Source: Advenella sp. (GTDB lineage Bacteria; Pseudomonadota; Gammaproteobacteria; Burkholderiales; Burkholderiaceae_B). Taken from it: a stretch of DNA of 64,000 nucleotides. A program made the translations under genes and the position numbers. This document shows positions 28,989 to 38,969 of the stretch, piece by piece (position 1 is the first letter of the stretch; each line of letters begins with the position of its first letter). Location of the stretch: contig JBBADT010000007.1 of the NCBI GenBank assembly GCA_041656315.1, positions 561 through 64,560 on the forward strand, given 5' to 3'. The notes beneath the pieces were generated by a model that was not told where the DNA came from, did not search any database, and was given only the letters and a program-made list of their open reading frames with translations.

Positions 28989-31283
28989 ATGACTTTTAAA
29001 GGGATTAAAGGCGCATCATCCACGATTTTGCATGCGTTGCGTGCCGGGTCTCCCTTTAAAAGAAAACAGAAAGATTCCTCAAAGCCGGTTGAATCAGCGC
29101 AGGCTGTTACAGGCAAAGCTATACCGGCCAATGATCCCACTATTGCTTCATTGGCCACGCTTACCGACATGCTGTCCAGCTACATGGACAACAAAGATAT
29201 TGAAAAAGTCCGCGAAGCTTACCGCTTTGCAGACCAGGCCCATTTGGGCCAATTTCGTTCCAGTGGTGCCCCCTACATTACCCACCCCATTGCGGTTACC
29301 GAAATATGTGCCGGGTGGAAGCTTGACGTCAACGCCCTGATGGCTGCCCTGTTGCACGATGTCATCGAAGACCAGGGCGTTCTCAAGTCAGAGCTGGCTG
29401 AAAAATTCAACCCCGACGTGGCCAATCTGGTTGATGGCCTTACCAAACTTGAAAAACTTAATTTTGCCACCAAGGCAGAGCAGCAGGCGGAAAGCTTCCG
29501 TAAAATGCTGTTGGCCATGGCAAAAGACGTCCGCGTTATTTTAATCAAGCTGGCCGATCGCCTGCACAATATGCGTACCCTGGACGCGGTAGACCCGGCC
29601 AAACGCCGAAGGGTCGCCAACGAAACCCTGGAAATTTATACTCCTATCGCGCATCGGCTGGGTCTTAATTCTCTGGTTCGCGAACTGCAAGACCTGTGTT
29701 TTGAAGCCAGCTCACCCAACCGTTATTCCGTCCTGCACAAGGCTGTCATGGCAGCCCGCGGCAATCGTCGCGAAGTGCTTACCAAAATTACCGATAACAT
29801 CACCACCGCCATGCCGGCTCAAGGTATCGAAGCCGAAATTTCCGGTCGTGAGAAATCCCTGTTCAGCATTTATAAAAAAATGCGCGAACAAAAAAAATCC
29901 TTTTCCGATGTACTCGATATCTACGGCTTCCGAATTATTGTTCACACCCTGCCCGAATGTTATTTGGCATTAGGAGTAATTCATCAGCTGTATCGGCCGG
30001 TACCCGGCAAATTCAAAGACTATATTGCCATTCCAAAGCTTAACGGCTATCAGTCTTTGCACACCACTCTGGTGGGTCCTTATGGCACCCCCATCGAGTT
30101 CCAGATTCGCACCCGTGATATGGACCACATTGCCGAAAAAGGCGTGGCCTCTCACTGGATGTACAAAAATGATGATATCTCGCTAAACGACCTGCAAAAA
30201 CAAACCCATCGCTGGCTGCAATCGTTGCTGGATATCCAAAGCCAAACCGGTGATTCGGGCGAGTTCCTTGAACACGTCAAGGTAGACCTGTTCCCTGATG
30301 CGGTTTATGTGCTTACCCCCAAAGGCAAAATCATTTCTTTGCCACGTGGCGCAACGCCCATTGATTTTGCATACCTTATTCATACCGATATCGGCAACCA
30401 TGCCGTTTCTGCCAAAATCAATGGTGAATTTGTTCCGCTCAAAACAGAATTAAGCAGTGGTGACCGAATCGAAATCATCACCTCTCCGGCCTCCGTACCC
30501 AGTGCCCAGTGGCTTAACTATGTACGTACCGGTAAAGCTCGTTCTGAAATCCGTCATTTCCTTAAAACGGTTAAATACAGCGAGTCCATTCAATTTGGTG
30601 AAAAGCAGCTTTTGCACGCCCTGCAAGAGCTGAATATCCCAATGCCGCCGAAAGATGATCCGCAATGGGAAAAGCTGGCCAAAAGCACCGGGGCTAACTC
30701 GGCTGATGAGATTCTGGCCGATATCGGCTTGGGTCGTCGCCTGGCCGCCGTTGTTGCACGCCGGTTCATTATAGACAATGAGATTTTGGCAACCAGTGCC
30801 GCAGTTATTGATGAAATGTCCGTAGCTAAAACGGGCACCATTTTTATTCAGGGCAACGAAGGACAAGCCGCGCAACTTTCCAATTGCTGTTATCCAATTC
30901 CCGGTGACTCGCTCATTGCCTGCATCCGCCCAGGCCATGGCTTGGTGGTTCACACAGAAGACTGTCCAGCCGCTCTTCGGCAGCGCACCCGCGAACCTGA
31001 ACGCTGGGTCTCTTCGGTTAGCTGGGATAAGGAAACCGCCAAGCACTTGCCTACGCGTCTTGAAATTACCATCAAGAGCGAAAAAGGGGTCTTGGGTCGC
31101 ATTGCTGCCCAAATTGCAACTGCCGATTCCAACATTATTCAAATGTCCATGAACGAAGAAGCACTTGAAACCGCAACAATACAAATTACCATCCAGGTAG
31201 ATGACCGTAAACATTTGGCCAAAGTGATCAGGTTAATGCGGCATGTGCCCCAGGTAACCAGGATTGTAAGGGTTAAGGGTTAA
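28989..31283 (+). CDS. spoT: Bifunctional (p)ppGpp synthetase/hydrolase SpoT
   Basis: HD domain (ALLHDVIED), KLADRLHNMRTL, YQSLHT, EFQIRT, TGS and ACT domains; gmk-rpoZ-spoT order. Confidence 0.96.
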   Translation: MTFKGIKGASSTILHALRAGSPFKRKQKDSSKPVESAQAVTGKAIPANDPTIASLATLTDMLSSYMDNKDIEKVREAYRFADQAHLGQFRSSGAPYITHPIAVTEICAGWKLDVNALMAALLHDVIEDQGVLKSELAEKFNPDVANLVDGLTKLEKLNFATKAEQQAESFRKMLLAMAKDVRVILIKLADRLHNMRTLDAVDPAKRRRVANETLEIYTPIAHRLGLNSLVRELQDLCFEASSPNRYSVLHKAVMAARGNRREVLTKITDNITTAMPAQGIEAEISGREKSLFSIYKKMREQKKSFSDVLDIYGFRIIVHTLPECYLALGVIHQLYRPVPGKFKDYIAIPKLNGYQSLHTTLVGPYGTPIEFQIRTRDMDHIAEKGVASHWMYKNDDISLNDLQKQTHRWLQSLLDIQSQTGDSGEFLEHVKVDLFPDAVYVLTPKGKIISLPRGATPIDFAYLIHTDIGNHAVSAKINGEFVPLKTELSSGDRIEIITSPASVPSAQWLNYVRTGKARSEIRHFLKTVKYSESIQFGEKQLLHALQELNIPMPPKDDPQWEKLAKSTGANSADEILADIGLGRRLAAVVARRFIIDNEILATSAAVIDEMSVAKTGTIFIQGNEGQAAQLSNCCYPIPGDSLIACIRPGHGLVVHTEDCPAALRQRTREPERWVSSVSWDKETAKHLPTRLEITIKSEKGVLGRIAAQIATADSNIIQMSMNEEALETATIQITIQVDDRKHLAKVIRLMRHVPQVTRIVRVKG

Positions 31284-31306
31284 GGGTTAAGGGTTAAGGG
31301 TTAAGG
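31267..31306 (+). repeat. Tandem heptamer (TAAGGGT)5 + TAAGG
   Basis: Perfect units start at 31267, 31274, 31281, 31288 and 31295, plus a partial unit at 31302. Confidence 0.95.
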
Positions 31307-31973
31307 TCTGTACCTTGCCCGCCTGTAACACAAGCTGCTGCTGGCAGCGACTGGCAAGAAGCGTATCATGAGTAACCAGAACCAGGGTGGTTCTTTTTTC
31401 ATGATGCAATGCAAACATCAAGTCCATAATATTCGCCCCCGTTGTTGCATCAAGGCTTCCGGTGGGTTCATCGGCAAATAATATGGCCGGCTCAACCACA
31501 AATGCCCGCGCCAAGGCCACACGCTGACGCTCTCCGCCAGATAATGTTTTTGGGTAATGGTGAGAGCGCCCGGCAAGACCTACACGCTCTAACATGGCCC
31601 AGGCGGCATCTTTTGCACGTTTGCCTTGCAACTCCAAAGGCAGCATCACATTTTCCAGCGCCGTTAAGTTAGGCAGCAGCTGAAACGACTGGAAGACAAA
31701 TCCCACATGATACGCCCGCAACTGGGCCCGCTGGTCTTCATTAAGTGAAAACAGGTCCTGCCCCATTAAGAGCACACTACCCTGGCTGGGCACATCAAGG
31801 CCAGCCAAAATACCCAGCAGGGTTGACTTTCCAGAACCTGAACTTCCGGTAATGGCCAATGTCTTACCTTTTTCAAGCGAAAAGGAAATATCCTCTAAAA
31901 TACGAAGCTGGCCATTGGCATCTTCCACTATTTTATTCAGACCATTAACTTCCAGGGCAAATATGTTTTTCAT
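31287..31973 (-). CDS. ABC transporter ATP-binding protein (YbbA/LolD-like)
   Basis: GSSGSGKST, FVFQSFQL, LSGGERQR, ADEPTGSLD; divergent from tesA as with E. coli ybbA. Confidence 0.88.
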   Translation of the reverse strand: MKNIFALEVNGLNKIVEDANGQLRILEDISFSLEKGKTLAITGSSGSGKSTLLGILAGLDVPSQGSVLLMGQDLFSLNEDQRAQLRAYHVGFVFQSFQLLPNLTALENVMLPLELQGKRAKDAAWAMLERVGLAGRSHHYPKTLSGGERQRVALARAFVVEPAILFADEPTGSLDATTGANIMDLMFALHHEKRTTLVLVTHDTLLASRCQQQLVLQAGKVQTLTLNP

Positions 31974-32601
31974 AAATCAACTACTCAAATTATGTCTGGC
32001 GCTATTCATGTGTACCGCTGCTTTTCAAATGGCAAATGCACAAAACAGCAGCAACAAAACGATACTGGTTATAGGAGACAGTTTATCAGCAGAATATGGC
32101 ATTGAAAGGGGCAAAGGTTGGGTGGAAATAATTAAATCCGATTTTCTTGGTGATGATGACAATTATGACGTCATCAATGCCAGCATAAGCGGCGATACGA
32201 CCAGTGGCGGTCTTAGCCGCCTTCCTGCCTTGCTGGCACAGCACACGCCGTCTGTGGTGATTGTGGAGTTGGGTTCCAATGACGCATTGCGCGGCCTGTC
32301 ACTGGAGGTTTCCAAAAAAAATCTGGAAAAAATGAGCGAATTAAGCAAGCAGGCGCAGGCAAAGGTGATCATTGTTGGCATGCAAATTCCGCCCAACTTT
32401 GGACCTGTTTATACACAACAATTCAAGGAAATGTTTGCCCAGGTGGCACAGGAACAAAATGCCCTGCTGGTGCCTTTCTTGTTTGAACATTTTGCGCTGG
32501 ATAAAAACATGTTTCAGGACGATGGCATCCATCCCAATGAAGCCGCACAAAAAACCATGGCAGAAAATGTCTGGACTGTCTTGCAGCAAGCGATTCACTG
32601 A
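31963..32601 (+). CDS. tesA: Arylesterase / SGNH hydrolase TesA
   Basis: Signal peptide; GDSLS, NASISGDTT, ELGSND, DDGIHP. Start approximate; overlaps the ABC gene head-to-head. Confidence 0.88.
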   Translation: MFFINQLLKLCLALFMCTAAFQMANAQNSSNKTILVIGDSLSAEYGIERGKGWVEIIKSDFLGDDDNYDVINASISGDTTSGGLSRLPALLAQHTPSVVIVELGSNDALRGLSLEVSKKNLEKMSELSKQAQAKVIIVGMQIPPNFGPVYTQQFKEMFAQVAQEQNALLVPFLFEHFALDKNMFQDDGIHPNEAAQKTMAENVWTVLQQAIH

Positions 32602-32671
32602 ACCTAACTACTTAAGCAATCATCCCTATTCAGGTATACAACGTAATCTTTACAGGCTTGATTACTACCAT

Positions 32672-32720
32672 AAAAAAACCCCCATAAAACCGGAACTGCA
32701 TCCAGCTTTATGGGGTTTAT
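32672..32720. terminator. Bidirectional terminator between tesA and ppiD
   Basis: A-run, CCCCATAAA...TTTATGGGG stem, then T-rich sequence, between convergent genes. Confidence 0.6.
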
Positions 32721-32773
32721 TCATTACAGCACGGGTATTGGGTTTACGCTTTTATAAAAGCCCCTCGCCTGGT

Positions 32774-34726
32774 TTATTCGCCCAAAATCACTTTTTCGGC
32801 TTCGGGAAACACCTGAACCTTATGGTTTGCACGCAAGATATTGGTTACACCCTGGGCGATTTCAATGGCAACACCCGATTCCAGGCCTGGTTGCAAGAAC
32901 TGTGTAAAAAGCATTTTCATTTCAGGATTACCTTCCGAAACCTTGTCAACCTGGGCAATCACAAAGCCATTTGGCGTAGCAGTGCCGACATAGGAAGGCA
33001 ATTTATCAGTCGGTGCAGTCATAATGGTATTAAGCATTGCTTCAGGCAATTGGTTGGTCATTAAACGGCTGATCATTGTTTCAGGACCGAAGCCGGCAGA
33101 CGCGGACTGACCATTTTCCTGTAACATTTTAAGCTCTTGCCCACCTACCAGTTTAGCCTGCTCAAGGGCTTTTTCATTCCTTACCTTGCTTTCAACCTCG
33201 GTTTTGACAGACTCTAGCGCAGGGATTGCCGCAGGTACTTCCTGCACAACACGAACCACCAGCAGCTCAGAGGGAGAAATTTCTATCACGCCAGAATTAA
33301 GTTTCTGTTTTAAAACCTCATCCGAAAACAGGACTTCACGCACCCTTGGCGCCTCGAAGTATTTGGCATCAGGGCTGACAGAAGCGGCATTCTCACCCAC
33401 TTGCCCGGCAGCCAGAAGCTGGTCACGCGCAATACCATTTACTGTTTTCAGTTCAAGCTGAAGATTGTCGGCAACGCCTTGCAACGATGAGCGATCATCA
33501 TTAACCTGCTGGGTCAGGCCTGTCGCCAAATCAGCAAATTTTTCCGAGGCCAGCTGCAAACGGATTTCTTCCAATACCTGACTCTTGATGGCAGACAGCG
33601 GTTGGACAGCACCTTCATCGATACTGGCAACTTGAATAATGTGATAAGAGTTGCCCACTTTAACTGGATCGGTCACACCGGGCTCAGTTAAAGAGAAAAT
33701 GGCCTCATCAAGAACAGGAATATCACCCCTGGCCAGCAGACCCAGGCTGCCATCCAGGTTTTTAGTACCTGCATCATCTGAATACTGTTTTACCAAAGCA
33801 GAAAATTTCGCAGGGTCTGCCTTGGCCTGTGCGGCCACATCCTGAGCTTTTTTCAGGACTTCTTCCTGAGCAACTGCATCGGCACCGGCAGGCACCATGA
33901 TTTGAATATGATTAACAACACGGCGTTCTTGTTTAGTGTACTTGCCAATGTTGGATTTGTAATAGGATTCGATATCAGCGTCTGAAACTTCAGGCACTGA
34001 TTTTAATGCCGCATCCTGGTTAAGAATAATGTACTGGGCATCGACATAACGGGGAACTTCAAGTGTTTTGCTGTTTTTATCGTACCACTGCTTGATGTCG
34101 TCATCGGAAACCGTGACATCTTGCAAGTACGTGGAAACCTCAAATTCCTTCAGGCGAACGGCACGCTCCTGAACCATGGCCGATTGCAATAATTCAAGCG
34201 TTTTTGCAGGCAGCGAAACAGATTGCGCAATAGGCTCAAGTACATGTGCATACGCCAGATTCTGACGGACATAAGCTTCATAATCGATATCCCTGATGCC
34301 ATTGTTGCCAAGGAACTCGCTGTATTTCTGGGGAGAATACACCCCGTTTTCATGAAACTGGGGGTTGGAGCCAATGGCATTGCGAACCATGTTGTCGGTG
34401 GCATTGAAGTGGCCATCAATCACTTCCTGCTGCAGCACCTGAGTATTGATAAGCTGATTCAGCCAGGCTTGCCGGTTGGCCGGGGTGTCTACTTTGGAAA
34501 CATCAAAATTCGCGCCGGCGTCCATTCTCATTTGGTCCAAACGGGCGCGCCAGGACTGGTTAAACTGCTCTTGGGTAATATTGGTTTCTTTAACAGCTGC
34601 CAATTTTACATCGTTGGAAACGAAGCTTTGGTAATCGGCCACGCCAAAAAAAACAAATGACGGAACCACCAAGATAATTAACGCTGCCAATACAATACGT
34701 TGGTGTGTACGGATAAATTCAAACAT
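32774..34726 (-). CDS. ppiD: Periplasmic chaperone PpiD (SurA N-terminal + parvulin domains)
   Basis: MFEFIRTH N-terminus with one TM; parvulin-like segment (YSDDAGT..GSLG, YHII). Confidence 0.88.
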   Translation of the reverse strand: MFEFIRTHQRIVLAALIILVVPSFVFFGVADYQSFVSNDVKLAAVKETNITQEQFNQSWRARLDQMRMDAGANFDVSKVDTPANRQAWLNQLINTQVLQQEVIDGHFNATDNMVRNAIGSNPQFHENGVYSPQKYSEFLGNNGIRDIDYEAYVRQNLAYAHVLEPIAQSVSLPAKTLELLQSAMVQERAVRLKEFEVSTYLQDVTVSDDDIKQWYDKNSKTLEVPRYVDAQYIILNQDAALKSVPEVSDADIESYYKSNIGKYTKQERRVVNHIQIMVPAGADAVAQEEVLKKAQDVAAQAKADPAKFSALVKQYSDDAGTKNLDGSLGLLARGDIPVLDEAIFSLTEPGVTDPVKVGNSYHIIQVASIDEGAVQPLSAIKSQVLEEIRLQLASEKFADLATGLTQQVNDDRSSLQGVADNLQLELKTVNGIARDQLLAAGQVGENAASVSPDAKYFEAPRVREVLFSDEVLKQKLNSGVIEISPSELLVVRVVQEVPAAIPALESVKTEVESKVRNEKALEQAKLVGGQELKMLQENGQSASAGFGPETMISRLMTNQLPEAMLNTIMTAPTDKLPSYVGTATPNGFVIAQVDKVSEGNPEMKMLFTQFLQPGLESGVAIEIAQGVTNILRANHKVQVFPEAEKVILGE

Positions 34727-34926
34727 TAAGCTCTCAACTCAGACTGCGAAAATCAGAATATACATTATAAATGTCGCGGTTGGAAAAAGGGGTTTCCCAT
34801 TTTAGTCTTTTTCACTTTTAAAATAGACAATTCAGCCCCATTTTATAAAAAGTCACTTTCAAAGCGGCTTATATCTTCCTACAATACAACAATAAACTTA
34901 CTCTTGAAACCCACCTATACATTCCA

Positions 34927-35682
34927 ATGTCAGCAAAAAACACTTTCGAATGGCGCTATCCGCGCCTGATTGCCCATCGCGGCGGTGGCTACCTGGCCCC
35001 TGAAAACACCCTTGCCGCCATGCGTTGCGGTCATGAATACGGCTTTTCCATGGTTGAGTTCGATGTCAAGCTGAGCCAGGACAACATGCTTGTCTTAATG
35101 CATGATGATACGGTAGATCGCACCTCAAACGGCATCGGACTTGCAGCCAGTAAAACATTCAGGGAACTGTCTGAACTGGATTTCGGCGGATGGCATTCAG
35201 CCTTTTATACCGGCGAGCCAATCCCTACATTTGTTTCAGTTGCACGTTTTACCCAGGAAAACAATATTTTCTGCAATATAGAAATCAAACCCTGTCCAAA
35301 CCGTGAAACCGAAACCGGGACTCTGGTGGCCAAAGCAGCAAAACAATGGTGGCTTCATTCCCATCTGCCTCCCCTGCTCTCTTCTTTCTCGCTTGAGGCG
35401 CTGGCCGCTGCCAAACAAGCCGCCCCCGAATTGCCGCGTGCCTTTTTAACCGAAGACCTGCCTGATAATTTCACCGTGATTCTGGAAGAGCTGGATTGTG
35501 TCGCCATTAACTTGAAACAAAGCCTGCTGGACCAGGAAAAAATAGAACGCATTCACCAGGCCGGCTACAAGGTTTGTGCCTGGACCGTGAATGACTATCA
35601 ACGTGCCAAACAACTATTGCATTGGGGTTGCGATGCCCTGTTTACCGACGAACTGCTTCGGGTAACCCCCGATTTGGCTTAA
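34927..35682 (+). CDS. ugpQ: Glycerophosphodiester phosphodiesterase
   Basis: IAHRGG..APENT, EFDV, HDDTVDRT, NIEIK, WTVN. Confidence 0.92.
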   Translation: MSAKNTFEWRYPRLIAHRGGGYLAPENTLAAMRCGHEYGFSMVEFDVKLSQDNMLVLMHDDTVDRTSNGIGLAASKTFRELSELDFGGWHSAFYTGEPIPTFVSVARFTQENNIFCNIEIKPCPNRETETGTLVAKAAKQWWLHSHLPPLLSSFSLEALAAAKQAAPELPRAFLTEDLPDNFTVILEELDCVAINLKQSLLDQEKIERIHQAGYKVCAWTVNDYQRAKQLLHWGCDALFTDELLRVTPDLA

Positions 35683-35710
35683 TAGCCAGCACTAATTACA
35701 AGGATATATT

Positions 35711-36568
35711 TTGTTCAGTTACCGCCACGCCTTTCATGCAGGCAATCATGCTGATGTTTTAAAGCATTCCGTTTTATTGCATATTTTGCATTACTTTAAC
35801 AAAAAGGAAACGCCTTACTGGATCATCGACACCCACGCCGGTGCCGGTATTTACGATCTGGAAGATGCCTGGGCAGAGAAAACCGCGGAATTCAAAGAAG
35901 GCATTGCCCGGCTGTGGGACAACACCGACTTGCCCCAAGACCTGCAGATATATATTGACCATATCCGTAACCTGAACGATGGCCAGGATCTGGTTTACTA
36001 CCCCGGATCCCCCTGGATCTCGCTGGAATTAATGAGGCCTAAAGATCGCCTGCATTTGTTTGAGTTGCATCCCACCGAGATTGAAGTGCTTAGCGACAAC
36101 ATCGAACAGCAAGGCAGGGAAATTGCACGCCAGGTAACCATTTTTGAAAAGGACGGTTTTTCTGGCCTGAAATCACAACTGCCTCCCGTACCCAGACGGG
36201 GCGTTATCCTGATTGACCCTTCCTATGAAGACAAAGCCGATTACCGTCACACCTTAATGGCAATTAAAGATGGTCTTAAACGTTTTGCAACCGGCTGTTA
36301 TGCAGTTTGGTACCCGTTGGTCAATCGCAAAGAAGTGCATGACATGATCAAGCAACTTGAGAAACTGCCCGACACCCAATGGCTAAACGCGTCACTGGCC
36401 GTTAAAAAACCGGCCGCAGATGGTTATGGGCTGCACGGAAGTGGCATGTTTATTATCAACCCACCGTATACCTTGCATGCAGCCCTGGAAAAAAGCCTGC
36501 CCTATCTAGCCAAACATCTGGCCCAGGACAGCTCGGCAACCTTCAGCCTTACTCGTCAGGGTAATTAA
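35711..36568 (+). CDS. rlmJ: 23S rRNA m6A2030 methyltransferase RlmJ
   Basis: YRHAFHAGNHADVLKH, DTHAGAG, YPGSP, IDPSYE; TTG start. Confidence 0.95.
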   Translation: MFSYRHAFHAGNHADVLKHSVLLHILHYFNKKETPYWIIDTHAGAGIYDLEDAWAEKTAEFKEGIARLWDNTDLPQDLQIYIDHIRNLNDGQDLVYYPGSPWISLELMRPKDRLHLFELHPTEIEVLSDNIEQQGREIARQVTIFEKDGFSGLKSQLPPVPRRGVILIDPSYEDKADYRHTLMAIKDGLKRFATGCYAVWYPLVNRKEVHDMIKQLEKLPDTQWLNASLAVKKPAADGYGLHGSGMFIINPPYTLHAALEKSLPYLAKHLAQDSSATFSLTRQGN

Positions 36569-37109
36569 CTTCAAGAATTTCCAGCTCGTCCATACCCGAA
36601 GGCGTACGCAAGCTAACCGTGTCGCCTTCCCTGGCCTTGATCAGGGCCCTTGCAACAGGGGAAATCCAGCTAATTTTCCCCTGCAATGGCTCTGCCTCAT
36701 CAACTCCAACAATGGTTACCGTGTGTTCTTCACCCGCCTTGTCGGCATACACAACCGTAGCACCTAAAAACACCTGGTCTTTGTTGGGCTGGGTGGAAGG
36801 ATCCACGACCTCGGCAATTTCCAGCCTTTTAGTCAGAAAACGAATGCGGCGGTCTATCTCGCGCAGTCTTTTTTTACCGTACAGGTAATCACCGTTTTCA
36901 GAACGGTCACCATTAGCCGCCGCCCACGAAACGATTTGTACAACATCTGGCCTTTCGGTATTAACCAAGTGAGCCAATTCTTCACGCAAAGCGGCATAAC
37001 CATATTTGGTTATATAATTTTTGGTACCAGCCGGCAAGGCAACTGCCTGGCCATCAACGCCATCCTCATCATCTTCCTGATCGGATTCTTTAACAAAAGC
37101 CTTGTTCAT
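36549..37109 (-). CDS. greB: Transcription elongation factor GreB
   Basis: WAAANGDRSENGDYLYGKKRLREIDRRIRFL, ISWISPVARAL. Confidence 0.95.
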   Translation of the reverse strand: MNKAFVKESDQEDDEDGVDGQAVALPAGTKNYITKYGYAALREELAHLVNTERPDVVQIVSWAAANGDRSENGDYLYGKKRLREIDRRIRFLTKRLEIAEVVDPSTQPNKDQVFLGATVVYADKAGEEHTVTIVGVDEAEPLQGKISWISPVARALIKAREGDTVSLRTPSGMDELEILEVNYPDE

Positions 37110-37112
37110 GAT

Positions 37113-37961
37113 TTAAATTAATTCCTCCCAGACAGGTGTAAGACCACTTGGCAAAGGGGGAAGTTTACCAAGATCCATACTGCTTTCCGAGGGACTGTGA
37201 AAGTCGGAACCACAAGAGGCCAGAAAACCGTACTGACGGGCAATATGGGCGTACTGGTGAAACTGGTCAACGGTATGGGAACCAGTAACCACCTCAATCC
37301 CCCTGCCCCCCATTAACTTGAAGGTTTTATATAGGGTGGCAAATTCGCTGCGGGAGTATTTATACCGCCCGGGATGGGCAATCACGGCTATGCCGCCTGC
37401 ATGATTGATCCAGTTAATGGCCTCTTCAAGACCTGCCCAATCCCCCGCTATGTAAGCAGGTTTGCCATCGGCCAGGTATTTGTCGAAAACCTCTTGCATG
37501 CTCTTGCAATGCCCGGTCTCTACGATATAACGGGCAAAGTGTGTCCGACTCAGCAAGTTGGGGTTATCGGCATATTTCAAGGCTCCCTCGTAGGCATTCA
37601 TAATACCAAATTCCGCCAACTTGTCTGACATAACATGTGCCCGCTGCTCGCGGTCGTCACGGATACGTCTCAACCCTGCATTCATTGCTTCGTTTTCAGG
37701 ATCTATGCCCAGGCCAACAATATGCAAGGTTCGCTCTGCCCAGGTCACGGATATTTCAATACCCGGAATATAAGTCATGCCCAGTTCACGGGCGACTCGC
37801 GCAGCCTCTTGTTGCCCTCCCACCTCATCGTGATCGGTAAGGCTCCAGACTTGCACGCCATTGCCGGCCGCACGTGTGGCCACCTCGGTGGGGCTTAACA
37901 CACCATCCGAGACGGTTGAGTGACAATGCAGGTCTACGTTCAATCTGACCAAGCTATCCAT
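37113..37961 (-). CDS. PHP-domain protein (YciV/TrpH-like phosphatase/nuclease)
   Basis: DLHCHSTVSDG, TDHD, AHPGRY, GSDFH. Confidence 0.88.
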   Translation of the reverse strand: MDSLVRLNVDLHCHSTVSDGVLSPTEVATRAAGNGVQVWSLTDHDEVGGQQEAARVARELGMTYIPGIEISVTWAERTLHIVGLGIDPENEAMNAGLRRIRDDREQRAHVMSDKLAEFGIMNAYEGALKYADNPNLLSRTHFARYIVETGHCKSMQEVFDKYLADGKPAYIAGDWAGLEEAINWINHAGGIAVIAHPGRYKYSRSEFATLYKTFKLMGGRGIEVVTGSHTVDQFHQYAHIARQYGFLASCGSDFHSPSESSMDLGKLPPLPSGLTPVWEELI

Positions 37962-37988
37962 GGTACTTTCCTACTGGCAAAAAATGTT

Positions 37989-38918
37989 TCAAGAGAGCAA
38001 AAACTTGCGCACTGCCTGGATTTGTTCGTTGGGCATGAGGGTAGGCGCATGACCCACCTCGGGTATTTCCACCATCTGGCTGTTTTTATTCTGTTCCAGC
38101 ATTTGGGCAACCGATTCACGACTTAACAAATCGGAGTTTTCACCCCGCAATATTAAAATGGGGCAATCAATGGCTTTGTATGAGCGCCACAGATAAGCTT
38201 CTGCCGCAGCAAGTGCTTCTTCACTTTCCTGCTCTTTAAATGTTTGGGCTATACGTACATCGTAATGACTTTTCCAGGCATTGTCCTTAAATTTAATCAC
38301 ACTTTTTGTAAACTCAAGCCATTGCCTGTCATTAAGCGGACCAAAAGAGGCCGCGTTTATCTTCATATACGCCACCGCGCTTTCAAGACTTTCAAATACC
38401 AATCCATTACCCACATAGGCACCAATGCGGCGAATAGCCGCGAGCTCTATTTTTGGCCCTACATCATTTAGCACCAGCCTATTCAGGGCCAGCCCGGTTT
38501 TACCCGGCATATTTTCATCACGGGGCTCCTGATTGGCGATATACAGATCCGCCTTGCGCACCAGCCCGGCAAACACCATACCAATTAGCCCGCCCATTGA
38601 AGTCCCGATCCAATCCAGGGTTTTGGCATTGACGCGTGCCAACAGAGTGAAAATATCTGAAACATACTGCGGTACGGCATAAAGGGATGGGTTAAGCAAA
38701 AAATCAGAGGCTCCCCTGCCCACAATATCAGGACAAATCACACGATATTCACCCGACATGGCAAGTGCCATCTCATCAAAGTCACGTCCGGTCCGGGTTA
38801 GGCCATGCACACACACCAACACCCTGTCATTGTCAGGGTCACCCCATTCCCAATAAGCCATGCGATGCACGCCTGCCGTACTGACGCAATTGACATAATT
38901 CAAACGTGGTGATTGCAT
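37989..38918 (-). CDS. Alpha/beta hydrolase
   Basis: CVHGLTR, GTSMGG nucleophile elbow, GHAP; GGAGG RBS before ATG 38918. Confidence 0.88.
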   Translation of the reverse strand: MQSPRLNYVNCVSTAGVHRMAYWEWGDPDNDRVLVCVHGLTRTGRDFDEMALAMSGEYRVICPDIVGRGASDFLLNPSLYAVPQYVSDIFTLLARVNAKTLDWIGTSMGGLIGMVFAGLVRKADLYIANQEPRDENMPGKTGLALNRLVLNDVGPKIELAAIRRIGAYVGNGLVFESLESAVAYMKINAASFGPLNDRQWLEFTKSVIKFKDNAWKSHYDVRIAQTFKEQESEEALAAAEAYLWRSYKAIDCPILILRGENSDLLSRESVAQMLEQNKNSQMVEIPEVGHAPTLMPNEQIQAVRKFLLS

Positions 38919-38969
38919 GACTTTCCTCCAGGAGACACAGATAATGATTATCACTAGTATATGCCGAGG

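Noticed and set aside
30450..31214. 254-aa antisense ORF
   Set aside because: Shadow of spoT on the opposite strand; no recognisable motifs.
31267..31306. Repeat as a CRISPR array or true telomere
   Set aside because: No spacers or cas genes; it is internal to a bacterial gene junction.
32372..33064. 230-aa + strand ORF
   Set aside because: Overlaps tesA out of frame, crosses a terminator and runs antisense into ppiD.
34727..34926. tRNA upstream of ppiD (common in related gene orders)
   Set aside because: No cloverleaf, T-loop GTTCGA or CCA end visible.
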